This document shows, piece by piece, positions 1-14,148 of a stretch of 64,000 bases of DNA; position 1 is the first letter of the stretch; every line of letters begins with the position of its first letter. The position numbers and the translations under genes were made by a program. The notes beneath the pieces were generated by a model. That model was not told the origin of the DNA, did no database searches, and was given only the letters and a program-made list of their open reading frames with translations. The stretch comes from Eledone cirrhosa (Eukaryota): assembly GCA_964016885.1 (NCBI GenBank), contig OZ024745.1:1860001-1924000 (forward strand), written 5' to 3'.

Positions 1-1300
1 TGGTGGTGGTGGTGGTGTGTTCACAGCTAGTCTGTTATAAAGCGGTGGTGGTGGTGGTGGTGGTGTGTACACAGTTAGGCTGTTATAAAATAGTGGTGGT
101 GGTGGTGGTGTGTACATAGTTAGGCTGTTATAAAGTGGTGGTGGTGGTGGTGGTGTGTTCACAGTTAGGCTGTTATAAAATAGTGGTGGTGGTGGTGGTG
201 TGTTCACAGTTAGGATGTTATAAAGTGGCGGTGGTGGTGGTGTGTACACAGCTAGGCTGTTATAAAGTGGTGGTGGTGGTGTGTACACAGTTAGGCTGTT
301 ATAAAGTAGTGGTGGTGGTGGTGTGTACACAGCTAGGCTGTTATAAAGTGGTGGTGGTGGTGGTGGTGGTGTGTACACGGCTAGGATGTTATAAAGTGGT
401 GGTGGTGGTGGTGTGTACACAGTTAGGCTGTTATAAAATAGTGGTGGTGGTGGTGTGTACACAGTTAGGCTGTTATAAAGTGGTGGTGGTGGTGGTGGTG
501 GTGGTGTGTACACAGTTAGGCTGTTATAAAATAGTAGTGGTGGTGGTGGTGTGTACACAGCTAGGCTGTTATAAAGTGGTGGTGGTGGTGGTGTGTACAC
601 AGTTAGGCTGTTATAATGTGGTGGTGGTGGTGGTGTGTACACAGTTAGGCTGTTATAAAGTAGTGGTGGTGGTGGTGTGTACACAGCTAGGCTGTCATAA
701 AGTGGTGGTGGTGGTGGTGGTGGTGGTGGTGTGTTCACAGCTAGGCTGTTATAAAGTGGTGGTGGTGGTGGTGTGTACACAGTTAGGCTGTTATAAAGTA
801 GTGGTGGTGGTGGTGTGTACACAGCTAGGCTGTTATAAAGTGGTGGTGGTGGTGGTGGTGGTGTGTTCACAGCTAGGATGTTATAAAGTGGGGGCGGTGG
901 TGGTGTGTACACAGTTAGGCTGTTATAAAGTGGTGGTGGTGGTGGTGCGTTCACAGCTAGGATGTTATAAAGTGGTGGTGGTGGAGGTGGTGTGTACACA
1001 GTTAGGCTATTATAAAGTAGTGGTGGTGGTGGTGTGTACACCGCTAGGCTGTTATAAAGTAGTGGTGGTGGTGGTGTGTACACAGCTAGGCTGTTATAAA
1101 GTGGTGGTGGTGGTGGTGGTGGTGGTGGTGTGTTCACAGCTAGGCTGTTATAAAGTGGTGGTGGTGGTGGTGTGTACACAGCTAGGCTGTTATAAAGTAG
1201 TGGTGGTGGTGGTGTGTACACAGCTAGGCTGTTATAAAGTGGTGGTGGTGGTGGTGGTGGTGTGTACACAGCTAGGATGTTTTAAAGTGGTGGTGTGTAC
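1..1300. repeat. Minisatellite: variable (GTG)n plus TGTACACAG(T/C)TAGGCTGTTATAAA
   Basis: About 30 tandem units; unit length varies only in the GTG tract. Confidence 0.95.
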
Positions 1301-1407
1301 ATGAAGATGAAAGACGGGACATATTAGATGTAGCAGAAGTTATGTGATATTTGTAGTAGAAGCATGACGATAGTGTGAGAAGTTGGAGAGTCTTAATGAA
1401 TGTTATT

Positions 1408-4400
1408 GATGGACCTGTGACTCGTGAGGGAGTCGGAGGGAGGTCATACTGACATTGGATGGACCTGTGACTCGTGAGGGAGTCGGAGGGAGGTCATACT
1501 GACATTTGATGGACCTGTGACTCGTGAGGGAGTCGGAGGGAGGTCATACTGACATTGGATGGACCTGTGACTTGTGAGGGAGTCGGAGGGAGGTCATACT
1601 GACATTTGATGGACCTGTGACTCGTGAGGGAGTCGGAGTGAGGTCATACTGACATTGGATGGACCTGTGACTCGTGAGGGTGTCGGAGGGAGGTCATACT
1701 GACATTTGATGGACCTGTGACTCGTGAGGGTGTCGGAGGGAGGTCATACTGACATTGGATGGACCTGTGACTCGTGAGGGTGTCGGAGGGAGGTCATATC
1801 GAGATTTGATGGACCTGTGACTCGTGAGGGTGTCGGAGGGAGGTCATACTGACATTGGATGGACCTGTGACTCGTGAGGGTGTCGGAGGGAGGTCATACT
1901 GACATTTGATGGACCTGTGACTTGTGAGGGAGTCGGAGGGAGGTCATACTGACATTGGATGGACCTGTGACTCGTGAGGGAGTCGGAGGGAGGTCATATT
2001 GACATTGGATGGACCTGTGACTCGTGAGGGTGTCGGAGGGAGGTCATGTTGACATTTGATGGACCTGTGACCTGTGAGCGTGTCGGAGGGAGGTCATATC
2101 GACATTGGATGGACCTGTGACTCGTGAGGGAGTCGGAGGGAGGTCATATTGACATTGGATGGACCTGTGACTCGTGAGGGTGTCGGAGGGAGGTCATATT
2201 GACATTGGATGGACCTGTGACTCGTGAGGGTGTCGGAGGGAGGTCATACTGACATTTGATGGACCTGTGACTTGTGAGGGAGTCGGAGGGAGGTCATACT
2301 GACATTGGATGGACCTGTGACTCGTGAGGGAGTCGGAGGGAGGTCATATTGACATTGGATGGAGCTGTGACTCGTGAGGGTGTCGGAGGGAGGTCATGTT
2401 GACATTTGATGGACCTGTGACCCGGGAGGGTGTCGGAGGGAGGTCATACTGACATTGGATGGACCTGTGACTCGTGAGGGAGTCGGAGGGAGGTCATATT
2501 GACATTGGATGGACCTGTGACTCGTGAGGGTGTCGGAGGGAGGTCATATTGACATTGGATCGACCTGTGACTCGTGAGGGTGTCGGAGGGAGGTCATACT
2601 GACATTGGATGGACCTGTGACTCGTGAGGGTGTCGGAGGGAGGTCATGTTGACATTTGATGGACCTGTGACTCGTGAGGGTGTCGGAGGGAGGTCATACT
2701 GACATTTGATGGACCTGTGACTCGTGAGGGTGTCGGAGGGAGGTCATGTTGACATTTGATGGACCTGTGACTCGTGAGGGTGTCGGAGGGAGGTCATGTT
2801 GACATTTGATGGACCTGTGACTCGTGAGGGTGTCGGAGGGAGGTCATGTTGACATTGGATGGACCTGTGACTCGTGAGGGTGTCGGAGGGAGGTCATACT
2901 GACATTGGATGGACCTGTGACTCGTGAGGGTGTCGGAGGGAGGTCATACTGACATTGGATGGACCTGTGACTCGTGAGGGTGTCGGAGGGAGGTCATGTT
3001 GACATTTGATGGACCTGTGACTCGTGAGGGTGTCGGAGGGAGGTCATACTGACATTTGATGGACCTGTGACTCGTGAGGGTGTCGGAGGGAGGTCATGTT
3101 GACATTTGATGGACCTGTGACTCGTGAGGGTGTCGGAGGGAGGTCATGTTGACATTTGATGGACCTGTGACTCGTGAGGGAGTCGGAGGGAGGTCATACT
3201 GACATTGGATGGACCTGTGACTCGTGAGGGTGTCGGAGGGAGGTCATATTGACATTGGATGGACCTGTGACTCGTGAGGGAGTCGGAGGGAGGGCATATT
3301 GACATTTGATGGACCTTTGACTTGTGAGGGTGTCGGAGGGAGGTCATACTGACATTGGATGGACCTGTGACTCGTGAGGGTGTCGGAGGGAGGTCATACT
3401 GACATTGAATGGACCTGTGACTCGTGAGGGTGTCGGAGGGAGGTCATACTGACATTGGATGGACCTGTGACTCGTGAGGGTGTCGGAGGGAGGTCATACT
3501 GACATTGGATGGACCTGTCACTTTTGAGGGTGTCGGAGGGAGGTCATATCGACATTGGATGGACCTGTCACTTTTGAGGGTGTCGGAGGGAGGTCATACT
3601 GACATTGGATGGACCTGTGACTCGTGAGGGTGTCGGAGGGAGGTCATACTGACATTGGATGGACCTGTCACTTTTGAGGGAGTCGGAGGGAGGTCATATT
3701 GACATTGGATGGACCTGTCACTTTTGAGGGTGTCGGAGGGAGGTCATATCGACATTGGATGGACCTGTGACTCGTGAGGGTGTCGGAGGGAGGTCATACT
3801 GACATTGGATGGACCTGTGACTCGTGAGGGTGTCGGAGGGAGGTCATATCGACATTGGATGGACCTGTGACTGGTGAGGGTGTCGGAGGGAGGTCATATC
3901 GACATTGGATGGACCTGTGACTGGTGAGGGTGTCGGAGGGAGGTCATATCGACATTTGATGGACCTGTGACTCGTGAGGGTGTCGCAGGGAGGTCATACT
4001 GACATTAGATGGACATGTGACTCGTGAGGGTGTCGGAGGGAGGTCATACTGACATTGGATGGACCTGTGACTCGTGAGGGTGTCGGAGGGAGGTCATACT
4101 GATATTGGATGGACCTATGACTCGTGAGGGTGTCGGAGGGAGGTCATACTGACATTGGATGGACCTGTGACTCGTGAGGGTGTCGGAGGGAGGTCATACT
4201 GACATTGGATGGACATGTGACTCGTGAGGGTGTCGGAGGGAGGTCATACTGACATTGGATGGACCTGTGACTCGTGAGGGTGTCGGAGGGAGGTCATACT
4301 GACATTGGATGGACCTGTGACTCGTGAGGGTGTCGGAGGGAGGTCATACTGACATTGGATGGACCTGTGACTCGTGAGGGTGTCGGAGGGAGGTCATACT

Positions 4401-5085
4401 GACATTGGATGGACCTGTGACTCGTGAGGGTGTCGGAGGGAGGTCATACTGACATTGGATGGACCTGTGACTCGTGAGGGTGTCGGAGGGAGGTCATACT
4501 GACATTGGATGGACATGTGACTCGTGAGGGTGTCGGAGGGAGGTCATACTGACATTGGATGGACCTGTGACTCGTGAGGGTGTCGGAGGGAGGTCATATT
4601 GACATTTGATGGACCTGTCACTTTTGAGGGTGTCGGAGGGAGGTCATATCGACATTGGATGGACCTGTGACTCGTGAGGGTGTCGGAGGGAGGTCATACT
4701 GACATTGGATGGACCTGTGACTCGTGAGGGTGTCGGAGGGAGGTCATACTGACATTGGATGGACCTGTGACTCGTGAGGGTGTCGGAGGGAGGTCATATT
4801 GACATTTGATGGACCTGTGACTCGTGAGGGTGTCGGAGGGAGGTCATACTGACATTGGATGAACCTGTGACTCGTGAGGGTGTCGGAGGGAGGTCATACT
4901 GACATTGGATGGACCTGTGACTCGTGAGGGTGTCGGAGGGAGGTCATATCGACATTTGATGGACCTGTGACTCGTGATGGTGTCGGAGGGAGGTCATATC
5001 GACATTTGATGGACCTGTGACTCGTGAGGGTGTCGGAGGGAGGTCATACTGACATTGGATGGACCTGTGACTCGTGAGGGAGTCG
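1408..5085. repeat. 50-bp tandem minisatellite, about 73 copies
   Basis: Unit GGACCTGTGACTCGTGAGGG(T/A)GTCGGAGGGAGGTCATACTGACATT(G/T)GAT repeated in strict phase. Confidence 0.97.
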
Positions 5086-5127
5086 GGAGAGTGAGAGAAA
5101 GGAAGAGAGAAAGAGGTATAAAAGAAA

Positions 5128-5255
5128 AATCGACCCCAGTACTAGACTGGTACTTTTTTATCGACCTCGGTGGGATTTGAACTCAGAGAGCAGAAAGTCG
5201 GAACAAATACTGCAAAGCATTCTATCCGATATTCTCGCGACTCCGCCAATTCGCT
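5128..5255 (-). mobile_element. tRNA-derived SINE fragment, internally deleted
   Basis: CTGGTACTT..TATCGACCTCGGTGGGATTTGAACTCAGA is the reverse complement of the B-box and body of the SINE at 51877. Confidence 0.7.
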
Positions 5256-5492
5256 ATAAAGAAAAAAAGCAAAACAAAACACTGTTTCTTCTGAATGCAA
5301 ATTATAATGTTCATAGATATAAGATTCAAATGTAAGAGAATTTGAATTAAGAATTAGTTGTGCTCGATGGTGGAATGTTGGTCTAGAAGATTTGTGCTTT
5401 GGAAAGTCTTAACTGGCTGAACACAAATACAGTTTTCCACCGAAAAAACGAAATCCAATTCACGTGACGCTATTTTAAGTAAGTGTATGATG

Positions 5493-5660
5493 TATGAGAG
5501 GCGTCTGAAAAGTTCATAGGCTCATTATGAAGGAGTGGTGCTAGAGCTGCGAAATCTTGCATGCATTAATTTCAACTCTTTTTGTTAATAACTGCATTGT
5601 TTCTTTCCAAGGACTATGTTGAAAATTAAACCTCATTTGGTCATTCCATGAAAGTATTTT
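5493..5660. mobile_element. Degenerate mariner-like end fragment
   Basis: TATGAGAGGCGTCTGAAAAGTTCATAGGCT resembles the TIR at 48320 (TACGAGGTGTGTCAGAAAAGTTCCAGGACT). No partner TIR seen. Confidence 0.4.
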
Positions 5661-5680
5661 GTACCCAAATCAGAAAGCAT

Positions 5681-5889
5681 TGTGGATTGGCAGTATCGGT
5701 AGAGGGTCGGACACCATGATTTCTAGCATAGAGTTACGGCCCTTGCCATTCTGAGTTCAAATCCCGCCGACGTTAACTTTGCCTTTCATCCTACGGATCG
5801 ATGAAATAAAGTACCAGTAATGCATTGGGGTCAATTTAGTCGAGTTTCCCCACCCCTAAAATTGCTGGCCTTGTGCCTATAGTAAAACC
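5681..5889 (+). mobile_element. tRNA-derived SINE
   Basis: A-box-like TGGCAGTATCGG and B-box GAGTTCAAATCCC; colinear with copies at 11858 and 51877. Confidence 0.85.
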
Positions 5890-6447
5890 ATTATTATTGC
5901 TGTTAGTATTATATCATATTACATTCCATAACTGCTGCTGTCTTCAGTCGCTGCAGCTATTTTTGGCACATTTCTTGCTGCTGTAATTTTTTCTGCAGTT
6001 GTTGCAGTTGTTGCAGTTGGTGCAGTTGTAGAAATTGTGTTTTGATGTTGTTGTTGTTGAAATTGTATTGTGATGTTGTTGCAGTTGTGGTTGAAGTTGT
6101 CACTGCTTTGTTATTGTAGTAGTAGTAGTTGTAGTAGTAGTAGTAGTAGTTGTAGTAGTAGTAGTAGTAGTATTTGTTGTAGTTGTTACGGTCCTGGTTT
6201 TAATGTAGCTGCTTCCTTTTGTTCATTACGGGTGAATGATTTTATGATGTGGGCTGAAGGTACTTCAGAAACTGACTAATGTGATGGGGTAGGGTAAGGT
6301 TGTGTAAGGGAGACAGAGGCTGAGATGAGAGACAAAGAGATATATAGCAACAGAGAGAGAGGGGTGGGAGAGAGATGGAGAGAGACAGAGTAGCGAGAGA
6401 GGGGGAGAATGAGAGGAGGAGAGAGAGAGTATGAGGAGGAGAAACAA

Positions 6448-6484
<37 letters not shown>

Positions 6485-6606
6485 CTGAAAATAAAGAAGG
6501 GAGATGAGGAAGTGAGGGGAAGGGGACGAAAATATCACAAGTGGAATAGAGAAGAAGAAAAAGTCGAAGAAATTCCTACAAATGTAGAGAAATGGAAAAG
6601 GAACTA

Positions 6607-6642
<36 letters not shown>

Positions 6643-6922
6643 GCTAGTGAGGGAGAGGGAGAGAGACAGAGAGAGAGAGAAGAAAGTAAAATAAAATAAA
6701 GAAAACAATCAAAGAAGAATAAAATAAGTCTAGAAAACAACATTGAAAAGGGCAAAGAAAAAGAAAAAGGATAAAAAAAAGAGGAAACCAAAAGATTTCG
6801 CAAAAAATATAAAAAAATTAAATTTCAAAATGAATGACGAATGAAAAAGCGACGAAGCGAGGTTGAATAGAAGGGGGGGGGGGGCTGAGTAATAGATAGT
6901 GGAAAGAGAGGTTTAGAGAGAC

Positions 6923-6962
<40 letters not shown>

Positions 6963-7120
6963 TGTGTGTATGTGAGAGAGGGAGATAGATAGAGAGTGAT
7001 ATATATATATATAAAGAGAGAGAGAGAGTGTGTATGTGTGTGAGAGAGAAAGAGGGGTAGAGAAAGAGACGTAGAGAAAGAGACGTAGAGAAAGAGACGT
7101 AGAGAAAGAGAGAGAGAGGT

Positions 7121-7187
<67 letters not shown>

Positions 7188-8028
7188 AATGGGTGTTTAA
7201 AAAATTAAGAAACGAAAGACGTTGAAAATGGGAGAAGGAAGAAAAAAGAACTGAGTGAAGAAATGAACCATTGAAATATTTTAAGAAGGAAATCACAAAC
7301 ATTTAAAGTGAAAAATAAATAAAATATTCTAACAAATAAAAAGATAAAAATGTTTTTCTGAAAAAAAAAATCAAATTTTACAGAAGAAAATAAAATTTTG
7401 CAGGAAAAAATGAAATTTTACAGAAAAAAATGAAATTTTATAGAAAAAAATAAAATTTTACAGAAAAAATGAAACTTTAAAACCGCAAATTATTAAAAAA
7501 AGTGTAAATAAAATAACAAATGAAATAAACGAATGTTTTGTTTTTGTTGTTGTTTGTCTTTTAATGGAAGACAAAGCAAAATTTTGATAGGAAAAGTTCC
7601 TTTCGCACCTAATAATAATAATAATAATATATATATTCATATAATAATAATATAAGATTAGAATGAAATGTAGAGATAGAAGAGGGGGGGGGGAGATATA
7701 CGAAAGAGAGGAGAAAAGAAAGAGGGAGAAGGAGAGAGAGAGATCAGGGGGAGGGGGTTAATAGGATAAACAAAGAAAGTGGATGTTGGAAAAGATGTTA
7801 TGAAGGAGCAGAGAAATTAAGAATTCGTGAAGGAAGATAAACTAAAATAAAGATTTGCTCTTCCATCACCAAGAAAGATACTAGTGTGTATTACCAAATA
7901 TAGTCACAAGGAAGTGATGATGGCTCCAACTGCCAATTGAAACCAACACATAGTTCCCATTTGCAGTTTAACCGTTTTATTTGAGAGAATGCCAAATATA
8001 TTGATTTCTAACGTAGACCCAATAATAA

Positions 8029-8240
8029 TTTCTAATTTAGGTACAAAGCCAGTGATTTTTTGGGTGGTGGGTAAAGTCGATTAAATTAACACGAGTACTT
8101 GACTGGTACTTTATTTTATTGACCCCTGGAGGAGGAAGAAAGTTGAGTTTGGAGAGATTTAAATTCAAAATGTAAAGACCCAGACAGATTACTGCAATGA
8201 TATTTTCTCGGAGGGCGCTCTACCAATTCTACCAATTCAC
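8029..8240 (-). mobile_element. Degenerate tRNA-derived SINE
   Basis: TAGGTACAAAGCCAG...GACTGGTACTTTATTTTATTGACCCC...CTCTACCAATTCTACCAATTCAC matches the reverse complement of the same family. Confidence 0.7.
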
Positions 8241-9062
8241 TAATCTTGATACTTGATAGAAGTTCAGCTGTTTGTGACCAATTGTGGCCGCTTCTGGCTC
8301 CTAAGTCAGGTAATTATGATGTCTTATCACCGTGGCTATCTCGTACTCTCTCTAAATTCTCTGCTCAAATCATTAGCCTATTTCTCTCTTTCATACAAAA
8401 CACCAACACATGCACCATGTAGCTCACAACACTTCATCAATTTATCCTGGTTCCCTTATTGTTAAGGAATTTTCCGATGATTTGACCGAGGTTTCTAATA
8501 CAAAATCCGATGATATAAATAACTGTATTCTAGACAAACAAATACATACTTTTTCTCTACTCACTTTTGTAAGACTTTTCTTTAAAACATAAATAACGGG
8601 CATCAGACCACGTGGATCATACATACACAAATACAACTCTTTGCATTACATTTCCTGTATAACTCCTGGTCATATCTCTCTCCCTTTTCTATCTGCCCCC
8701 CCCCCCCCTCTCTGGTCCAAATATCGAAATGAAGGAGCAATTATTGTGTCTAGAAATAGAAATATGGACGATGTGGAATATGAATAATAAACAGTAGGAA
8801 TGATAACTAAGTATTTAGTAGGAAATGGGAACAAGAGAATGAAAACCATACTATCAGTCTGAGAGTGAGAGAGAGGAGACAGAGAGAGAGAAAGGGGGGG
8901 GGGGGCAAGAAAATAAAAATAAAATAAAGAAAACAATCAAAGAAGAATAAAATAAGTCTAAAAATCAACTTTGAGAAGAGCAAAGAAAAAAGAAAAAAGA
9001 AAAAAAGAGAGAGAAAATCGACCCCAGTACTACATTAGGAGAATGGATGAAAGCAAACGACG

Positions 9063-11452
9063 CTACCATTATATCTGACGTTCTAACCACTCTACCATTC
9101 TATCTGACGTTCTAACCACTCTACCATTCTATCTGACGTTCTAACAACTCTACCATTCTATTTGACGTTCTAACCACTCTACCATTCTATCAGACGTTCT
9201 AACCACTCTACCATTCTATTTGACGTTCTAACCACTCTACCATTCTATCAGACGTTCTAACCACTCTACCATTCTATCTGACGTTCTAACCACTCTACCA
9301 TTCTATCTGACGTTCTAACAACTCTACCATTCTATTTGACGTTCTAACCACTCTACCATTCTATCAGACGTTCTAACCACTCTACTAGTCTATCCTACGT
9401 TCTAACCACTCTACCATTCTATCTGACGTTCTAACCACTCTACCATTCTATCTGATGTTCTAACCACTCTACCATTCTATCTGACGTTCTAACAACTCTA
9501 CCATTCTATCTGACGTTCTAACAACTCTACCATTCTATCTGACGTTCTAACAACTCTACCATTCTATTTGACGTTCTAACCACTCTACCATTCTATCAGA
9601 CGTTCTAACCACTCTACCATTCTATCTGACGTTCTAACCACTCTACCATTCTATTTGACGTTCTAACAACTCTACCATTCTATCTGACGTTCTAACAACT
9701 CTACCATTCTATTTGACGTTCTAACCACTCTACCATTCTATCAGACGTTCTAACCACTCTACTAGTCTATCCTACGTTCTAACCACTCTACCATTCTATC
9801 TGACGTTCTAACCACTCTACCATTCTATCCGACGTTCTAACCACTCTACCATTCTATCTGACGTTCTAACAACTCTACCATTCTATCTGACGTTCTAACA
9901 ACTCTACCATTCTATCTGACGTTCTAACCACTCTACCATTCTATTTGACGTTCTAACCACTCTACCATTCTATCAGACGTTCTAACCACTCTACCATTCT
10001 ATCTGACGTTCTAACCACTCTACCATTCTATTTGACGTTCTAACAACTCTACCATTCTATCTGACGTTCTAACCACTCTACCATTATATCTGACGTTCTA
10101 ACCACTCTACCATTCTATCTGACGTTCTAACAACTCTACCATTCTATTTGACGTTCTAACCACTCTACCATTCTATCAGACGTTCTAACCACTCTACCAT
10201 TCTATCAGACGTTCTAACCACTCTACCATTCTATTCGACTTTCTAACAACTCTACCATTCTATCTGACGTTCTAACCACTCTACCATTCTATCTGACGTT
10301 CTAACCACTCTACCATTCTATCTGACGTTCTAACAACTCTACCATTCTATTTGACGTTCTAACCACTCTACCATTCTATCAGACGTTCTAACCACTCTAC
10401 CATTCTATTTGACGTTCTAACCACTCTACCATTCTATCAGACGTTCTAACCACTCTACCATTCTATCTGACGTTGTAACCACTCTACCATTCTATCTGAC
10501 GTTCTAACCACTCTACCATTCTATCTGACGTTCTAACAACTCTACCATTCTATTTGACGTTCTAACCACTCTACCATTCTATCAGACGTTCTAACCACTC
10601 TACTAGTCTATCCTACGTTCTAACCACTCTACTATTCTATCTGACGTTCTAACCACTCTACCATTCTATCTGACGTTCTAACCACTCTACCATTCTATCA
10701 GACGTTCTAACCACTCTACCATTCTATCTGACGTTCTAACCACTCTACCATTCTATTTGACGTTCTAACAACTCTACCATTCTATTTGACGTTCTAACCA
10801 CTCTACCATTCTATCTGACGTTCTAACAACTCTACCATTCTATCTGATGTTCTAACCACTCTGCCATTCTATCTGACGTTCTAACCACTCTACCATTCTA
10901 TCTGACGTTCTAACCACTCTACCATTCTATCTGACGTTCTAACCACTCTACCATTCTCTCAGACGTTCTAACCACTCTACAATTCTATATGACGTTCTAA
11001 CCACTCTACCATTCTATCAGACGTTCTAACCACTCTGCCATTCTCTCAGACGTTCTAACAACTCTACCATTCTATCTGACGTTCTAACCACTCTACCATT
11101 CTATCTGACGTTCCTAACAACTCTACCATTCTATCTGACGTTCTAACGACTCTACCATTCTATCTGACGTTCTAACAACTCTACCATTCTATCAGACGTC
11201 CTAACCACTCTACTATTCTATCTGACGTTCTAACAACTCTACCATTCTATCTGACGTTCTAACAACTCTACAATTCTATCAGACGTTCTAACCACTCTAC
11301 CATTCTATCTGACGTTCTAACCACTCTACCATTCTATCTGACGTTCTAACCACTCTACCATTCTATCTGACGTTCTAACAACTCTACAATTCTATCAGAC
11401 GTTCTAACCACTCTACCATTCTATCTGACGTTCTAACCACTCTACCATTCTA
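9063..11452. repeat. 29-bp minisatellite, about 82 copies, apparently derived from a SINE head
   Basis: Unit CTACCATTCTATCTGACGTTCTAACCACT; preceded by a SINE remnant ATCGACCCCAGTACTA at about 9017. Confidence 0.95.
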
Positions 11453-11729
11453 CCCTACTGTGCCACTAAATAATAAAACACGACCAACAAGGCAGTCGGT
11501 ATAATCACAAGCAGACACATAACCACACTCAACACTAACCAACTACAGTCAATACTAAACCTAATAACACAACTAACATTACACATACTCTATTAAACAC
11601 ACACGATAAACACAAAAGTAACAGAGATGTTACACTCCCAAGAAGACAATGGTGCAGACACACCTGAAGGAAATGGAGGGCACCATGTGGTTCTATAGAA
11701 ACTCTTGTGAAACTGTGGAAAACATGATA

Positions 11730-11752
11730 GCAGCAGCAACAGCAGCAGCAGC

Positions 11753-11841
<89 letters not shown>

Positions 11842-11855
11842 AAATAACAATAACA
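11730..11855. repeat. (CAG)/(CAA)n microsatellite
   Basis: Direct reading; abuts the 3' end of the minus-strand SINE. Confidence 0.95.
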
Positions 11856-11857
11856 AT

Positions 11858-12040
11858 TGTTTCTACATTTGGCACAAGGCCAGCAATTATTCCAGTGTAT
11901 TACTGGTATTTTATTTTATCGACCCCATAAGGATGAAAGGCAAAGTTAACCTCGGCGGGATTTGAACTCAGAATGGCAAGGGCCGTAACTCTATGCGTCA
12001 AAGTATGTCGTCCTACCCTCTACCAATACTGCCAATCCAC
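11858..12040 (-). mobile_element. tRNA-derived SINE, near full length
   Basis: Reverse complement is colinear with 51877-52063, including B-box GGGATTTGAACTC. Confidence 0.88.
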
Positions 12041-12267
12041 ATGCTTATTATTTACCACAATGGCGACTGATGAGGAGGATGAGAAATTACATTAAGGGGG
12101 GGGGGTAGAAAGAAAGAATAAAAAGGAAGAAATAATATTCTAGGTATCATCACCAACATTCTCAGGTACATGGCATAAAATTATCGATTCTTTCTAGAAT
12201 TTTATTACTATGGTAACCACCATATAGGTTTCAACTGGTGTTCCTCCATAGATATGTCGTCAGCTGC

Positions 12268-12506
12268 ATATGTATGTATATATATATGTATGTATATATA
12301 TATATATATGTATGTATATATATATGTATGTATATATATATATGTATGTATATATATATGTATGTATATATATATATATATGTATGTATATATATATGTA
12401 TGTATATATATATATGTATGTATATATATATGTATGTATATATATATGTATGTATATATATATGTATGTATATATATATATATATGTATGTATATATATA
12501 TGTATG

Positions 12507-12539
<33 letters not shown>

Positions 12540-12665
12540 GTATGTATATATATATGTATGTATATATATATATGTATATATATATATATGTATATATATA
12601 TGTATGTATGTATATATATATATGTATGTATGTATATATATATATATATTTGTGAATATTTGTGA

Positions 12666-12697
<32 letters not shown>

Positions 12698-12735
12698 TTA
12701 TTTATGCATGTATGTGTCTGCGTGTCTGTGTATGC

Positions 12736-12810
<75 letters not shown>

Positions 12811-12887
12811 AAATACATATATATATATATATACACTCAAACATACATACACACGCACATACACACATAAACACACACATACACAAT

Positions 12888-12935
<48 letters not shown>

Positions 12936-12937
12936 CA
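12268..12937. repeat. Compound (TA)/(TATG)/(CA) microsatellite
   Basis: Direct reading. Confidence 0.9.
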
Positions 12938-13368
12938 TTTGAAAACCATTTATGTTCGTATCCACACATCCCAATCTTTGTTGCTGTATCTCCTCAATTC
13001 TGTATCTTCCCACCAACCTCTCCGTTTCTTCATAATTCCGATAGCGAGGCTATATTGTTTCTTTATTGTCCCACTTAGTTTAAAGACACTCCTGTCTTTT
13101 ATATTCCTTTCTTGTCACCTTCATTTGCTAGTAGCTAGACTTTTATAGAGCAAGATAATGAACGACACTTTGTTGCACTGCCCAAGGTGCCCAAGGCATC
13201 GGGTGTTAGTGTGATTTCGCGCGAAACCATGCGGCTAGTGGGAAGCTGAACAGGTCCCCGCGCTATATGTACTTTGATGTTTTTTTAAAAACTTTTCTCC
13301 ACTGTTATCCTATTCTTACCCCTCACTACCAAAATATATGTCCTATAACTTACTTTCTCTGTTACTTA

Positions 13369-13408
<40 letters not shown>

Positions 13409-13564
13409 CCATCTCATTATATGATGAGAGATAGAGAGAGATAAAGAGAGATAGACGAACAGGAGACAGATAGACGGACAGACGGACTGACAGACACACA
13501 GGCAGATATATGGACAGACGCAGAGACAGACAGACAGACAAACGGACACACGGAGAGAGAGAGA

Positions 13565-13596
<32 letters not shown>

Positions 13597-14103
13597 AAGA
13601 GAGAGAGGGAGAGAGAGAGAGAGAGACAACGAGAAAGTTATATTGAGCGTGACGAGATTCTCATGAAAATTGAAATCGCGATATCCTTGGTAACCTCGTT
13701 GTTGATCACATGCTCTTATGAAATTTGTTTGTTTAACCGAAAACGATTTTCACAAGACAAATATAATTTGTATAAAACAAGATGGGAGAAAATACATGGT
13801 GTTCACCTTTCAAAATAATATTCACCCCACTATGAAAAGCTCTCCACGTCATCATACAATGTCTTGCTATCTACTTACACATGTCTTTACTTCCTATGTA
13901 AAGATCTCTCTTTCCATTTGAAAACCGGGCCGTCTTCCGCTTACAAAGCTGTCTCAGTCATTAGCATTAAAATGGCTTCCGTTCCCAATATTGAGAACAA
14001 TCCAAGATGGCACTATTCATAACCTTTTGCTTTTTTTAATACTAAACACTGTCTAAAGTAATCTATATGCGTATCTCTAGTAATCTATCTACCTAACCTA
14101 TCA

Positions 14104-14104
14104 G

Positions 14105-14148
<44 letters not shown>

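Noticed and set aside
135-1304. 389-aa ORF of VVVVVCTQLGCYK repeats
   Set aside because: Open only because unit lengths are multiples of 3; GTG start and no unique domain.
1408-11452. CRISPR-like appearance of regular repeats
   Set aside because: Head-to-tail units with no unique spacers, in a eukaryotic context with no cas genes.
12207-12272. Minus-strand CTGACGA...GAAA motif
   Set aside because: Stems I and II do not pair well; at most a decayed hammerhead.
13640-14040. Unique non-repetitive stretch and YY1-like AAGATGGC motifs (14004, 16696)
   Set aside because: No splice or ORF evidence, and single short motifs are uninformative.
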